This document shows, one piece after another, positions 18,251 through 28,498 of a stretch of 64,000 nt of DNA (positions within the stretch are counted from its first letter, which is position 1; the number at the start of each line of letters is the position of its first letter). Source of the DNA: Candidatus Bathyarchaeia archaeon. GTDB lineage: Bacteria; Patescibacteriota; Microgenomatia; PFEM01; JAFGMK01. The stretch spans positions 29,384 through 93,383 of the forward strand of contig DATKWK010000017.1 in NCBI GenBank assembly GCA_035529595.1, read 5' to 3'. The position numbers were made by a program, and so were the translations under genes. The notes under the pieces are model-generated. The model was given only the letters and a program-made list of their open reading frames with translations. It had not been told where the DNA came from and did no database searches.

Positions 18251-20044
18251 TCAAATCTCACCTAATTTAGTTGAAAGGTCACGAAACTCCTCATTCAATC
18301 GGGCTAACTTTTTTCTTATTTCAGAGTCGTCTTCAGCTGTCCGATCTCTTTTTTGTTTTTCAATTTCTTTTATCTCCCGGGTAAGCTGACCGAACCTTTG
18401 CTTAATTTTAACCCTTTCGATCTCTTTAATCATCTTCTTTATTTCCGATTCCATTTTCTCTTTCTCATCAGTCCAATCGCCTAGATCATAAAGGTAAAGT
18501 TGATTAAAAATCTCCAGCAACTCTGGCGGAAGCATCTTCGCCAACCGGTCACTTTTAAGAGTTTTGAATTTTTTAAGATAAACGCCGATAGTTTCCATTA
18601 TCTGGGAAAGGGCTGGAGTGACGATCAGGTTTTTCAATACCCGCTTGGTTAGAAATTTCCATTTTCCGCTTTGCAAACAAAGAGCTAACAGATATTCCTC
18701 TAAAACCTGCAACCGGTTCTTATCGGCCGGCGGAAAGACAGCCGCTGTTATTGCTTGGCGGGTAGGTTTCTGGCTGAATCTTTCAATTTCTTTAATAATT
18801 ACTTCTTCCCCCACTCCAAGCCGGGCCGCTAATAAACCAATATAATGGCCGCGGACGATATTGTCAGAAATTTTGACTAGCACCGGAATAAACTCTTGGC
18901 CAATTTTCCTTTTTCCCTCGGCCGATCTGGCGTCAAAACGACTTAAGGCCGAGCTCAAGAAATAATCATAGATAGGAACAGCCTCGGCCACCAGCTGGCG
19001 CCAGAGTACCGGATCTTTTTGGGCAACTTCATCTGGGTCTTTTCCGCCTTTAATTTGGACTACTTTAATGGAAAATCCCAAATTATCAGCTAATTCAATT
19101 CCTCTTCTGGCCGCCGCATCGCCTGCCACGTCGCCATCCAAAGCCAGGATCAAATTCTGGCTATAGCGCTTGAGTAAAACCAGCTGTTCTTCGGTCAAGG
19201 CCGAACCTTTAATCGCCAATACATTTCGAACGCCAGTTTGATATGAAGAGATTGCGTCCAGTTCTCCTTCAACTAAAACTACCACGGCCGTTTTTTTAAT
19301 CTCTGACCGAGTCAACCAGAGGTCATACAACAACCGGCTTTTATGGTAGAGCCGTGTTTCCGGCGAATTGACATATTTTGCCTCCTTGGCTTCTTTTTCC
19401 AAGACACGACCGGCAAAACCGCAGGTATTTCCTTGGTGGTCTCGAAGAGGAAACATTAGCCGGTTCCGGAAGCGGTCATAAAACCCCGAACGCCCGCCCC
19501 TGATAATCAGACCGACCGCTTCTAAATCGCTGGAGCGGTAATTTTTTTTCTTGACCAAATATTTCTGGACACCGTCCCACATATTAGGAGAGTAACCTAA
19601 TTTAAAAAGACTAATCGACTCCTGAGAGATACCCCGCCCTAGAATATAATCCAAAGCCTTTTTTCCTGCCGGGTGCTTAGTCAGCAAATAATGATAAAAT
19701 TCGGCAGCCAGGTGGTTGATTTCATAAAAAAGCTGCTTCTGTTGCTCGCCTTGTGAACTTCTGAAAGGCTTAAGTTCAACCCCAACCCTTTTTGCCAACA
19801 AGCGAACCGCCTCCCCGAAATCCATTCCCTCAATTTCCGTCAAGAAATGGAAGGCATCGCCGCCTTTGGCGCAACCGAAACATTTCCAAATCTGTCTTTC
19901 CGGGGAAACAATAAAAGAAGGCTGGGCTTCCGAATGAAACGGACAGAGGGCTTTAAAATTACGGCCGGCCTTTTTCAAAGTGACATATTCACCGACCAGG
20001 TCTACGAGATTGACTTTCTGCCTTATTTCATCCAGTTGATCCAT
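18251..20044 (-). CDS. dnaG: DNA primase
   Basis: CPFH..C..C zinc finger, [20 protein letters not shown] and DGDVAG. Confidence 0.97.
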   Translation of the reverse strand: MDQLDEIRQKVNLVDLVGEYVTLKKAGRNFKALCPFHSEAQPSFIVSPERQIWKCFGCAKGGDAFHFLTEIEGMDFGEAVRLLAKRVGVELKPFRSSQGEQQKQLFYEINHLAAEFYHYLLTKHPAGKKALDYILGRGISQESISLFKLGYSPNMWDGVQKYLVKKKNYRSSDLEAVGLIIRGGRSGFYDRFRNRLMFPLRDHQGNTCGFAGRVLEKEAKEAKYVNSPETRLYHKSRLLYDLWLTRSEIKKTAVVVLVEGELDAISSYQTGVRNVLAIKGSALTEEQLVLLKRYSQNLILALDGDVAGDAAARRGIELADNLGFSIKVVQIKGGKDPDEVAQKDPVLWRQLVAEAVPIYDYFLSSALSRFDARSAEGKRKIGQEFIPVLVKISDNIVRGHYIGLLAARLGVGEEVIIKEIERFSQKPTRQAITAAVFPPADKNRLQVLEEYLLALCLQSGKWKFLTKRVLKNLIVTPALSQIMETIGVYLKKFKTLKSDRLAKMLPPELLEIFNQLYLYDLGDWTDEKEKMESEIKKMIKEIERVKIKQRFGQLTREIKEIEKQKRDRTAEDDSEIRKKLARLNEEFRDLSTKLGEI

Positions 20045-20153
20045 CTTCTGTCCTTTACAAACCTATCGGTTGTTCCTTAAATATTATTCAAACCAGACGA
20101 TCTTAACTTATCTATATTCTGGTAAAAGGGGAATTTTAAAGGCTGGCCGTCGG

Positions 20154-20714
20154 CTAATTTTTCCTACCAACATATCCTTTGGTTTCGGTGTCAATGGTAA
20201 TTACATCACCTTCCCGGATAAAAAGGGGTACTTTTACGACGATGCCGGTTTCCAGCTTCGCAGATTTCGTTGCCGCCGTGACCGTGTTTCCCTTATCTGA
20301 AACTTCGGCTTCGATAACTTTAAAAGACATCTTCGTCGGAAAATTAATCCCGATTACCTCATTTTCATAAATGACGAGCTGATATTCCAAGCCTTCCTTA
20401 ATTAAACCCTGGCTGTCCTCAACCAGTTTTTCTGCTACTTGGTATTGTTCGTAACTGCGGGGATCCATAAAAACGAACCGGTTTTCGTCTTTATATAAAT
20501 ATTGGGCCATTAGATAATCAACGGCAGTTTCCTCTATCATTTCGTCTGTTTTTATGACTTCGTGCAAAACATTACCGTTTTTCAAATTTTTTAACTTCAG
20601 CCGGACAATTGCCGAACCCTTCCCGGGACTGTAAAACTCTTTATCCGCTACCAAAACCGGTTCGTCGTGCCATTTGAGGTAAATACCTTTAGTGATACTC
20701 CCTGCCTTTATCAT
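20154..20714 (-). CDS. efp: Elongation factor P
   Basis: PGKG loop, YLY, KGNTV, VPLFI. Confidence 0.95.
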   Translation of the reverse strand: MIKAGSITKGIYLKWHDEPVLVADKEFYSPGKGSAIVRLKLKNLKNGNVLHEVIKTDEMIEETAVDYLMAQYLYKDENRFVFMDPRSYEQYQVAEKLVEDSQGLIKEGLEYQLVIYENEVIGINFPTKMSFKVIEAEVSDKGNTVTAATKSAKLETGIVVKVPLFIREGDVITIDTETKGYVGRKN

Positions 20715-20745
20715 AGCGCTATTTTACCATTTATCGGGTAATCAT

Positions 20746-21771
20746 TTAAGAAGCGAAGATTTCCTCCCCGGAGAAAAGCAGCACCTCGTCGATCGAGATT
20801 TGGTCGGTAAAAACCATGACTAAACGGTCAATCCCTAAGGCGACTCCGCTACAGGGCGGCAGGCCAGACCTTAGGGCAGCGACAAAATCCCAATCTGGCG
20901 GGCAATCGATTTTACCCATCTTCTTTCTTAAGCTTATTTCCTCTTCAAACCGGCTTTTTTGTTCTTCAGGGTCGGTTAATTCGGTGTATGCATCAGCCAG
21001 CTCGATACCAAAAAGAAAAAGTTCAAACCTTTCTTTTACCCGTGAGTCCGTTTGGCTGGTTTTGGCAAGCGGCGCAAATTGGGAGGGAAAATTGTAAAGA
21101 AGAGCCGGTTTTTTATAGCCTAGGTTCGGCTCAACTTCCTTAAGTAAAATCAGCTCGAAGATAATAGACCAATCGTCATCATCTTTTATCCGGTAGCCTT
21201 TTTTTAAAGCCGTATTCCTAAACTTTTTCTCATCAAATAATTCATCTTCAGCCATACCGGCAAAGCGCGAAAAAGCCTCAATTACGGATAATTTTTCAAA
21301 CGGCTTGGAGATATCGACAACCTGTCCCTGATATTCCAGCTTGGCTTTACCGTGATTAAGAAAACGGATTAATTCCTCGCAGTCTGCCATAGTCTCACCA
21401 TAATCGGTATTGATCCGGTACCACTCAAGCAAAGTAAATTCCGGATTATGGAAATGGCCGCCGATATCGGTATTGCGGAAACTTTTGGTAATTTCAAAAA
21501 TATTTCCCGAACCGGCAGCCAGCAGCTTCTTGTGCCACATTTCCGGCGAAGTTGTCAAAAAAGCCAGCCTTTTACGGCCCATTTTATCCAACAGTTCGGT
21601 TTGAAAATACTCAAGATAGGATTCCGGGATCAGTCTTGGGGTTAAAACCGGGGTCTGGACTTCCAGAAAATGCCTCCTTTTAAAGAATCGCCGAGTTCGA
21701 TCAATAATCCGGCTACGCACTTGGAACCTTTGCCACAGACCAGGATTTGCTTTCAGTTTTTGCCAATCCAT
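20746..21771 (-). CDS. epmA: EF-P lysine aminoacylase (LysRS2 catalytic-domain paralog)
   Basis: TSPE, FRN..HNPEFTLLEWY, ERFELF..GIELA, GVALGIDRL; no anticodon-binding domain; adjacent to efp. Confidence 0.9.
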   Translation of the reverse strand: MDWQKLKANPGLWQRFQVRSRIIDRTRRFFKRRHFLEVQTPVLTPRLIPESYLEYFQTELLDKMGRKRLAFLTTSPEMWHKKLLAAGSGNIFEITKSFRNTDIGGHFHNPEFTLLEWYRINTDYGETMADCEELIRFLNHGKAKLEYQGQVVDISKPFEKLSVIEAFSRFAGMAEDELFDEKKFRNTALKKGYRIKDDDDWSIIFELILLKEVEPNLGYKKPALLYNFPSQFAPLAKTSQTDSRVKERFELFLFGIELADAYTELTDPEEQKSRFEEEISLRKKMGKIDCPPDWDFVAALRSGLPPCSGVALGIDRLVMVFTDQISIDEVLLFSGEEIFAS

Positions 21772-21878
21772 TTTCCCCCTTTTTTCCGCAAATTAACCGC
21801 AAATTTAACGCAATGTTTATTTGATACGGCAATTAATATTATAAAAAGTCCTGCACCAATTATTACTCATCGCAACCT

Positions 21879-22589
21879 TTAAGAAACATCTTTCTGTTTT
21901 ATAAAAATACAAACCAATGCTTGTCCGTAGTTTCGCAAAACCGGCAGAGTGCAAAAAAAACTGTCAATCCGGTGGATCAGGTTATTACTAAACCAAAACC
22001 GGGGGACACCAAAAGCGTGAAGCGGTGGGAATAAGGTACTTGCCCGCGATTTTTCAAGCCTAAAGCCGCAACTTTCGACAATAGAAATCCATCTTTTTAA
22101 AGGGTAGCTTTGATTGTGAGCGTCAGGATTCCAACCTGAAGTCAGAATTTTTTTCTTTTCTTGCTTTAAGATAACGCATTTGACCTTGGAGACAAGATTA
22201 AGGAATTTGTCATGCATCGCTGGAAAAGTAACCAGCAATCTTCCTTTCCTTTTCAATAATCTGTTGGCTTCAAAGCACAATTTTCCCGGATTCTGTACGT
22301 GTTCAATGATGTCTATGGCAATCGCTTTATCAAAGGAGTTGCTCGGCAAAGGTATATTTTCAACATTGGCACAGATAGTTTGGTAATTCTTGACTCCATA
22401 AATTTTCATCACTTCTTTTGATTCCGCCAGCTTTTTTTTATTAATATCGACGCCGATCATTTCCCGATATTGCCCGGCATAGGCAATTGCCTGGGGACCT
22501 TTACCACAGCCGAGATTGATGACTCTGTCGCTTGGCTCAAAGGAGAAAAATTCTGGATAGACTCTGGCTGATAAAAGTTTGCCTTCCAT
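21879..22589 (-). CDS. Class I SAM-dependent methyltransferase
   Basis: NLGCGKG, GVDIN, FD, IIEHV. Confidence 0.88.
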   Translation of the reverse strand: MEGKLLSARVYPEFFSFEPSDRVINLGCGKGPQAIAYAGQYREMIGVDINKKKLAESKEVMKIYGVKNYQTICANVENIPLPSNSFDKAIAIDIIEHVQNPGKLCFEANRLLKRKGRLLVTFPAMHDKFLNLVSKVKCVILKQEKKKILTSGWNPDAHNQSYPLKRWISIVESCGFRLEKSRASTLFPPLHAFGVPRFWFSNNLIHRIDSFFCTLPVLRNYGQALVCIFIKQKDVS

Positions 22590-22621
22590 AAAACCAGACC
22601 TACTATTTCTTCTAAGCTTAC

Positions 22622-23122
22622 CTACCGATTCGGGCTTAACACTTTAGCGGCTGTAATTATCTTCAGACTGTCAACGGAATTATAAAATTTAATCTTCGGA
22701 ATATCATTTAAACTAATCCACTCCGGTTTATCGGCATATTTTCTTTCGTCCTGATCAAAATATTTTTTTGAAATTCTACCACCTGTAATTTCACATAAGT
22801 AATGTATTAGAATCGAATGAACGTATTTCCCGACAAAGGGAAGCTTAAAAAAAGAATTTTCGCAGGAAATAACCTGGATTACCTCCACAGTCAGACCTGT
22901 TTCTTCCTTCACCTCCCTTTTAAGAGCATCCTTAATTGTTTCGCCCAAATCGACACCGCCACCGGGAAAATCATAGCCATCCCATTGTTTTGACAAAAGC
23001 ACCTGATTATCTTTAATTATTACCCCATAGACTGACGGTCTGAAAGTTAATCTATCAACTGAAACCCGATATTTTTTCCCTTTAATGTCCTCGCAAATAA
23101 CCTTTTTACTTTTGATATTCAT
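22622..23122 (-). CDS. NUDIX hydrolase
   Basis: GGGVDLGETIKDALKREVKEETG Nudix box. Confidence 0.92.
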   Translation of the reverse strand: MNIKSKKVICEDIKGKKYRVSVDRLTFRPSVYGVIIKDNQVLLSKQWDGYDFPGGGVDLGETIKDALKREVKEETGLTVEVIQVISCENSFFKLPFVGKYVHSILIHYLCEITGGRISKKYFDQDERKYADKPEWISLNDIPKIKFYNSVDSLKIITAAKVLSPNR

Positions 23123-23137
23123 AGACTTTAAAAATTT

Positions 23138-24445
23138 CTATTTCTTTGTCTGAACAAAATATTTAATCATTAGAGAATCGTCTTTTATTGTATCAACCGA
23201 AAACAAATTGTTCAATTTACCCTCAAATTGTTTTCTGGTCGGAAGATTGAGTCTTGGTCTTCCCAGATACGATTCTAATTTTATCATCGTCTGTATCTGA
23301 GGGTGTTTTAGACTTGGCATATCAACTACCATCCGTCCGCCCGGTTTCAACACTCGATGTAACTCAAAAAGAGCTTTTTTGATATAACCAAGATCATAAT
23401 ATTCTAAAACACCGATTATTGCGGCGATGTCAAAAAAATTATCAGTAAAGGGTAACCTAGCGACATCAGCAGCAAACAATCCGCCAATTTCGACATCTTT
23501 TCCCTTTAACCACTTTCTGGTTGCCCGAACCAGTTTTGGACTGATATCGATTCCGTAATAATCAGATGGCCATTTATAGAGGGCATAATTGACTAAGTTT
23601 ACACCTGCTCCAACATCTAAAAATTTCATTCCCGGCTTCGGATTTAAATACTTCTTGATATCCGGTGCGCCACTGTTACAACTATGTTTTGTCTGTTGGA
23701 ATTTTTTGAACTCTAGTGAGTTTTTGAATTCTTCCGGTAGTAAATCTAAATCACTAATCTCTTTTTGATAACGATCAACCGTCTGATCATAAGCTTTTTT
23801 AATTAAATCTAGTTGTTTGATAGTATTTTCCCTTTTTTTATCCTTATAGTAATCAATCCTCATTTTTATCAGTCTTGGTAGTTCTTTTTTACCGTAGTCT
23901 GTGATAAATAAGGGACCTCTCTTTTTCTTAACCCCTTTTATATATCTTCTGTTTGATTCAAAATCAAATGTCGGTTTTATCAAGCTGGTGTCTAAACCAC
24001 CCAGGGTATCAGCTTCCATCAAAATTAACTCGTCAAGATCCTTAAGTGCTTTGAGATTATCGTGCACCAACACCAAATGCGCACATCTTTTTTTCTGCCT
24101 TTCAGTTAAGAAAGAAAATAATTTATCCTCAAGTAATTTCGATATTTTTTTCGCTCCAAGTCTCATATGCTCGCTTTTAGCCTGCTGAACATCGTCCATT
24201 TTAAGTATCTGGCCATCCCTGAACAAACCAAAATATCCCCAGTCGTGAGCATAAGCAGCAATCAAGAGAACGATTTTATCAACCTCAATCTGGGGTGAAC
24301 CTTGAATTATTTCTTTTATCTTGGTTACAACAGCAAGTGTATGTGGCCTGTCAAAGTTTGGTCTACTTTTTTCTAATTCAGGTAAGATTTTTGCCTGAAG
24401 ATATTCTTCAACTCTCTCTATTCGTTTTGATTCATTGTTGAGCAT
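23138..24445 (-). CDS. HD-domain + class I SAM-methyltransferase fusion
   Basis: PHT..AHDWG..EH..HD..EAD in the N-half; LDVGAG, GIDIS, FFD..LKPGG in the C-half; start taken at MLNN. Confidence 0.82.
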   Translation of the reverse strand: MLNNESKRIERVEEYLQAKILPELEKSRPNFDRPHTLAVVTKIKEIIQGSPQIEVDKIVLLIAAYAHDWGYFGLFRDGQILKMDDVQQAKSEHMRLGAKKISKLLEDKLFSFLTERQKKRCAHLVLVHDNLKALKDLDELILMEADTLGGLDTSLIKPTFDFESNRRYIKGVKKKRGPLFITDYGKKELPRLIKMRIDYYKDKKRENTIKQLDLIKKAYDQTVDRYQKEISDLDLLPEEFKNSLEFKKFQQTKHSCNSGAPDIKKYLNPKPGMKFLDVGAGVNLVNYALYKWPSDYYGIDISPKLVRATRKWLKGKDVEIGGLFAADVARLPFTDNFFDIAAIIGVLEYYDLGYIKKALFELHRVLKPGGRMVVDMPSLKHPQIQTMIKLESYLGRPRLNLPTRKQFEGKLNNLFSVDTIKDDSLMIKYFVQTKK

Positions 24446-24547
24446 AATAGCTTTAGAGTTGACCAAAAAATAAAAGTTAAACTTTCCGTATTAGCAAGGC
24501 AATTTTGTATTATTTTAACCGGGTATATCTACCGAGCTCTGTTCCTC

Positions 24548-24982
24548 TTATTTGAGATCTATTACGCGACCAAAAAAATAACAATCTTCTCCGTACCACT
24601 GTTTTTTTAACAGAAATGACTCTTTAAAACCCAGCTTCTGATAAAAACCTTTTGCTTGATATCTACTTAAACTCCAACACCAGAGTTTCAGAATCTTGTC
24701 CTGCTTGCATTTCTTTACTGCGAATTCAATTAACGCCCGGCCTCCACCTTTTTCCTTTGAAACAAGCAAATATATTTCATAACTTTGATCTTCTTGCCTT
24801 AAAATTAATGTTCCAATTATTTGCTTATTTTGGATTGCAATATAGCATTGCTTTTTATTTATATACTGATCAATGTCTTTGGGGTTTGAAAAAAAGTAGT
24901 TCTCAGTATCGAGAATTTTTAATAATTTCGATACTTTCTGGCAATTGTTCTTTTGAGCTAATTGAACTTTTACTGCTATCAT
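24548..24982 (-). CDS. GNAT acetyltransferase
   Basis: KGGGRALI, AKGFYQKLGF. Confidence 0.88.
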   Translation of the reverse strand: MIAVKVQLAQKNNCQKVSKLLKILDTENYFFSNPKDIDQYINKKQCYIAIQNKQIIGTLILRQEDQSYEIYLLVSKEKGGGRALIEFAVKKCKQDKILKLWCWSLSRYQAKGFYQKLGFKESFLLKKQWYGEDCYFFGRVIDLK

Positions 24983-24987
24983 CCTGT

Positions 24988-25419
24988 TTATCCCAGAGCG
25001 ACTAGAAGCCCTCCGACGACAATCAAAGCGGCGCCGATGCCGGCTTTCAGAGAAATCTTTTCGCCCAGTATCAGAAAAGCCAGTACTAGGGCAAATACAA
25101 TACTAAGCCTATCGATCGGTACAACCTGAGAGACTTTAGCATTTTTGAGGGCGATAAAATAAAATAACCAGGACAAGGCGCCAACAATTCCACTCAGCAC
25201 AATATAGGTCAACGCCTTGCTATTTGTAAGTATTGAGTTCACCTCATCTAATTTTCCCTGAAACAGAGTCAATCCGATTAAAAATAAAGCCATAACCACA
25301 GCGCGGATTGCAGTCGCCGTATTGGTGTCAATTCCTTCTAACCCGATTTTTCCAAAAACCGCTACCAAGGCGGCCGTTAACGCTGATAATAAAGCAAAAA
25401 CAATCCAGGCAAAATCCAT
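24988..25419 (-). CDS. EamA/DMT family transporter (single domain)
   Basis: Five TM helices; SWLFYFIAL, VVPIDRLS, ILGEKIS. Confidence 0.9.
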   Translation of the reverse strand: MDFAWIVFALLSALTAALVAVFGKIGLEGIDTNTATAIRAVVMALFLIGLTLFQGKLDEVNSILTNSKALTYIVLSGIVGALSWLFYFIALKNAKVSQVVPIDRLSIVFALVLAFLILGEKISLKAGIGAALIVVGGLLVALG

Positions 25420-25465
25420 CGATATTTTGTTTATTAACTACTCGGTTATTTTAGTATAATCCCTT

Positions 25466-25864
25466 TTACTCGGTGGTTATCCCGTCAAATTCAGCTTCGT
25501 TAACCTCCGCTTCTTGTTTAGTCAGCCTGATGATTCCGTCCTTGTGATGGGCCGGAGAATAAATCGTGTAGAGCTTTAATTCTTCCGAACTGGAAGTATT
25601 GATGATATTGTGCTGGGCGCCGGCCGGCACAACAATCGCCACCCCGTCACCGACCTGGTATTCATTACCGTCAATCAAACATTTACCTTGACCTTTTTCG
25701 AAACGGAAAAATTGGTCGTTATCCGGATGAACTTCCATTCCGATTTCCTCTCCCGGCCGGAGATTCATCAAAACTAGTTGACTATGCTTGCCGGTATAAA
25801 GCACCCGACGGAAATTGTTATTAGCTAGGGTTTGTTTTTCAATATCACCTCTGAATCCTTTCAT
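25466..25864 (-). CDS. Cupin domain protein
   Basis: EVH..NDQFF..G.G, VPAGAQHNI, LYTIYSPAHH. Confidence 0.92.
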   Translation of the reverse strand: MKGFRGDIEKQTLANNNFRRVLYTGKHSQLVLMNLRPGEEIGMEVHPDNDQFFRFEKGQGKCLIDGNEYQVGDGVAIVVPAGAQHNIINTSSSEELKLYTIYSPAHHKDGIIRLTKQEAEVNEAEFDGITTE

Positions 25865-25966
25865 ACTATCACCTCCTTTTTTAGATTATATTTTTTATAA
25901 CCCAAATAGCAAACAGCTAAACCGACAAAAACGGTTAATTAATAATGTTTGCCTTAACCTGCAAAC

Positions 25967-26434
25967 TTATTCAATAAATATTCTATAAAAAACTTCATCC
26001 TTGTTTTGGCAAATGAATTTTACTTTCGGCATAGTGTTCTTACTGAAATGTTCACTACATTCAACCGAATTAAAACCTTTTTCGTTGCAGAAATCAATCT
26101 TGATCTTTTCAATACTTGAATCACAATTAGGTTCAACTGAATCACATTTTGATCGGATTTTGTCTTCTAAATCTATACTTGGCCCAGCTAAATACTTATC
26201 ACATAAACAACGAGCGATTTCCATTTCGGCATTGTATTTATTGAAGTCAGTTGTTATACAATGCCCGAAAGTTACATACTGACATAAGGTTCTTGAAAAT
26301 AAATATTTATGATAACTAGCAATGCAACCATGCTCTTCAATCCGGGATGAGACAGGTAATCCGTTAAAACTTGCGAAAATCAGTACGAAGATAAATAGAA
26401 TTATTGAGAGTGTAATTGTCCGTTTTTTATTCAT
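25967..26434 (-). CDS. Cys-rich membrane-anchored/secreted hypothetical protein
   Basis: N-terminal TM segment, multiple Cys. Confidence 0.7.
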   Translation of the reverse strand: MNKKRTITLSIILFIFVLIFASFNGLPVSSRIEEHGCIASYHKYLFSRTLCQYVTFGHCITTDFNKYNAEMEIARCLCDKYLAGPSIDLEDKIRSKCDSVEPNCDSSIEKIKIDFCNEKGFNSVECSEHFSKNTMPKVKFICQNKDEVFYRIFIE

Positions 26435-26499
26435 GACTCAATACTTTACTTAGCAATGCCGGCAGGTGCTTCGCTGTAACCATATTTTATCATTTTATT

Positions 26500-27072
26500 T
26501 TACCTATAATGAAATGTCCTCATGCCCATTTTCTTTGCCGTTAATATACACTCTTTACTATCTTCTATAAAAAATATCTCTGATGGCTTGACTTTAACTT
26601 TTCGGATAAAGATTTTATATAAATTTTTATCAGGCTTTGTATAACCATAAAAACTAGAGGTAATGAAACCTTTAAAATACTGTTTCAGATGATATTTTTT
26701 TACTCTATAGATCATCCATTCCCGGGGTTCGTCATTTAAGGTATAACAATCATATTTTTTATAAACCGCTTTAAGAAAATCAAACATTGGCAGATTGATT
26801 GCAACCGAGCTACGATAAAATTTTTTACATTGTTCGAGAGAAACATGGTATTTATTTATTAATGGTGCCCAAAAATCCTTCTCGCTTATCTTTCCCTGAT
26901 GAAAGATTTCGTAGTTTCGTGCGAGAAGCTTGTTAACGTCCTCATAGTTGAGTTTATATTGTTTGGCAATTGAACGGTAAGTTATTCCTTCGGGATCATT
27001 TTTGAAAAGCACTCCTCCTAAATCAAAAGCGATTACTTTCGTCTCTTTAGGTATGAATTTAATTAATTTCAT
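26500..27072 (-). CDS. HAD-family phosphatase
   Basis: FDLGGVL, KP, FIEDS; start taken at MKLIK, 7 nt after TATAAT. Confidence 0.88.
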   Translation of the reverse strand: MKLIKFIPKETKVIAFDLGGVLFKNDPEGITYRSIAKQYKLNYEDVNKLLARNYEIFHQGKISEKDFWAPLINKYHVSLEQCKKFYRSSVAINLPMFDFLKAVYKKYDCYTLNDEPREWMIYRVKKYHLKQYFKGFITSSFYGYTKPDKNLYKIFIRKVKVKPSEIFFIEDSKECILTAKKMGMRTFHYR

Positions 27073-27138
27073 GCTTAAAATTATAACCTCCTTATGGCGA
27101 GAATCTTGTTTTTTACCTCTTTTGAAATCAGCTGTCAA

Positions 27139-27162
27139 GCCCTGTACCAGACGGTACAGGGC
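27139..27162. repeat. Perfect 10-bp palindromic hairpin (REP-like or terminator) 3' of tRNA-Ser
   Basis: GCCCTGTACC-agac-GGTACAGGGC. Confidence 0.65.
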
Positions 27163-27187
27163 GAATCAAGCTCCGCTTTTACCAGTT

Positions 27188-27277
27188 TGGCGGTGGGTGT
27201 GGGATTCGAACCCACGATAGCCTTTCAGCCATACACGCTCTCCAAGCGTGCGCACTAGTCCACTATGCGAACCCACC
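27188..27277 (-). tRNA. tRNA-Ser(GGA), CCA encoded
   Basis: Anticodon arm CACGC-TTGGAGA-GCGTG, long variable arm, GGTTCGAATCC. Confidence 0.95.
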
Positions 27278-27296
27278 TTTTCAATTTTTTATCAAT

Positions 27297-27818
27297 CTAA
27301 AACAAGCGAAGCCGTTTATTTCCTTCCTCCGATATCTTTTTTGCTTTTTCCAAAATTTCTTTCTCTGAGTCAAAGGTTAACTTAGCTTTTGCCCGGTCAA
27401 AAGTCAACCAAAGAACTTTTTCCACTTCGTTCGAATCAGGACCGGTTTTCGTATCCTTTACCCACCTCATTAAATAAAAAACAATTTCCTTGACTACTCT
27501 CTGTTTCTGATCGTTATAGAAAAAAATCGTAATTTTATCAATCTTTTCAAGAGCCTCTACTTCCACCCCACCTTCTTCTCCGGTCTCCCTGATCGCCGCC
27601 TGAAGGCTGGTTTCTCCCGGATCAATCCAGCCTTTCGGAAGCTGCCACCTTCCTTTTCGCCAAGGTTCAGTTTCGGTTGCTTTTGGCTGATAAACTAACC
27701 AGAGATATTGATTACTGTCATTTTTGTAGACAACACCGCCGGCTGAGTATTCACGTTTAGCTTTTTCCTTCTTCTGTCCTTCCAATTTCAAACCGGGTGT
27801 TATTTTTTTATTTTTCAT
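27297..27818 (-). CDS. NUDIX hydrolase (Ap4A-hydrolase-like)
   Basis: SAGGVV, WQLPKGWIDPGETSLQAAIRETGEEGG. Confidence 0.9.
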   Translation of the reverse strand: MKNKKITPGLKLEGQKKEKAKREYSAGGVVYKNDSNQYLWLVYQPKATETEPWRKGRWQLPKGWIDPGETSLQAAIRETGEEGGVEVEALEKIDKITIFFYNDQKQRVVKEIVFYLMRWVKDTKTGPDSNEVEKVLWLTFDRAKAKLTFDSEKEILEKAKKISEEGNKRLRLF

Positions 27819-27822
27819 TAAG

Positions 27823-27895
27823 TGCGCCTGGGAGGAATCGAACCTCTAGCCTTCTGCTCCGGAGGCAGACGCTCTTTCCATTGAGCTACAGGCGC
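27823..27895 (-). tRNA. tRNA-Arg(CCG)
   Basis: TCTGC-CTCCGGA-GCAGA anticodon arm; GCGCCTG/CAGGCGC acceptor stem. Confidence 0.95.
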
Positions 27896-27900
27896 GAGAA

Positions 27901-28476
27901 TTAAAGGATACGAACTCCAAATTGTTTGAGCTTCTCGGCCAGTAAACAGAGAGGCAAACCGATGACATTATAGTAATCCCCTTCGATCCTTTCAACGATC
28001 AATGCCCCCAAGCCTTGAATAGCAAAAGCACCGGCTTTTCCGATCGGCTCTCCGCTCTTAACATAATTATCGACTTCTGCTTCCGTCAGTTTACGAATAT
28101 AAACTTTTGTTTCCGCCAAATCAGAAACCGTTTTACCGCTTTCTGTATCAATAATGGTAAAGCCGGTAATTACCGACAAAGTTCTTCCCCCGATTTTTTC
28201 AAGCATTTTCTTTGCTTCCACCGCCGTATCCGGCTTGCCTAATAACTGTTTTCCTAAGATGATAAAAGTATCGGCACCAATGATTAATCCGGTTTTGTGA
28301 TTCTTGGCAACTGCTTTTGCTTTTCCCAGTGATAGTAATCTAGCAAGCTTCCGTGGACTAATATCTCTTATCATTTCCTCTTGGTAGTTACTGGCTTCTG
28401 TCTTAAACTTCAAACCAAGTTTTTTTAAAATTTCTTTTCGTCTGGGTGAGGCAGAAGCAAGGATAATAGGTTTCAT
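27901..28476 (-). CDS. maf: Maf nucleoside triphosphate pyrophosphatase
   Basis: ILASASPRRKEIL, IGADT, GKP, KAGAFAIQG, NVIGLP. Confidence 0.95.
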   Translation of the reverse strand: MKPIILASASPRRKEILKKLGLKFKTEASNYQEEMIRDISPRKLARLLSLGKAKAVAKNHKTGLIIGADTFIILGKQLLGKPDTAVEAKKMLEKIGGRTLSVITGFTIIDTESGKTVSDLAETKVYIRKLTEAEVDNYVKSGEPIGKAGAFAIQGLGALIVERIEGDYYNVIGLPLCLLAEKLKQFGVRIL

Positions 28477-28498
28477 ATTTTAGACTGATGATATTATA

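Noticed and set aside
18205-18261. N-terminal extension of RpoD overlapping dnaG
   Set aside because: The extension ([19 protein letters not shown]) looks like intergenic sequence; ATG 18204 is more plausible.
21879-27072. Integron cassette array
   Set aside because: Genes are co-oriented, but several spacers are only 5-46 bp, no attC-like repeated structure was seen and there is no intI.
27002-27220. 72-aa + strand ORF ending WVWDSNPR, like the integrase tail
   Set aside because: Simply reads antisense into tRNA-Ser; no recombinase sequence upstream.
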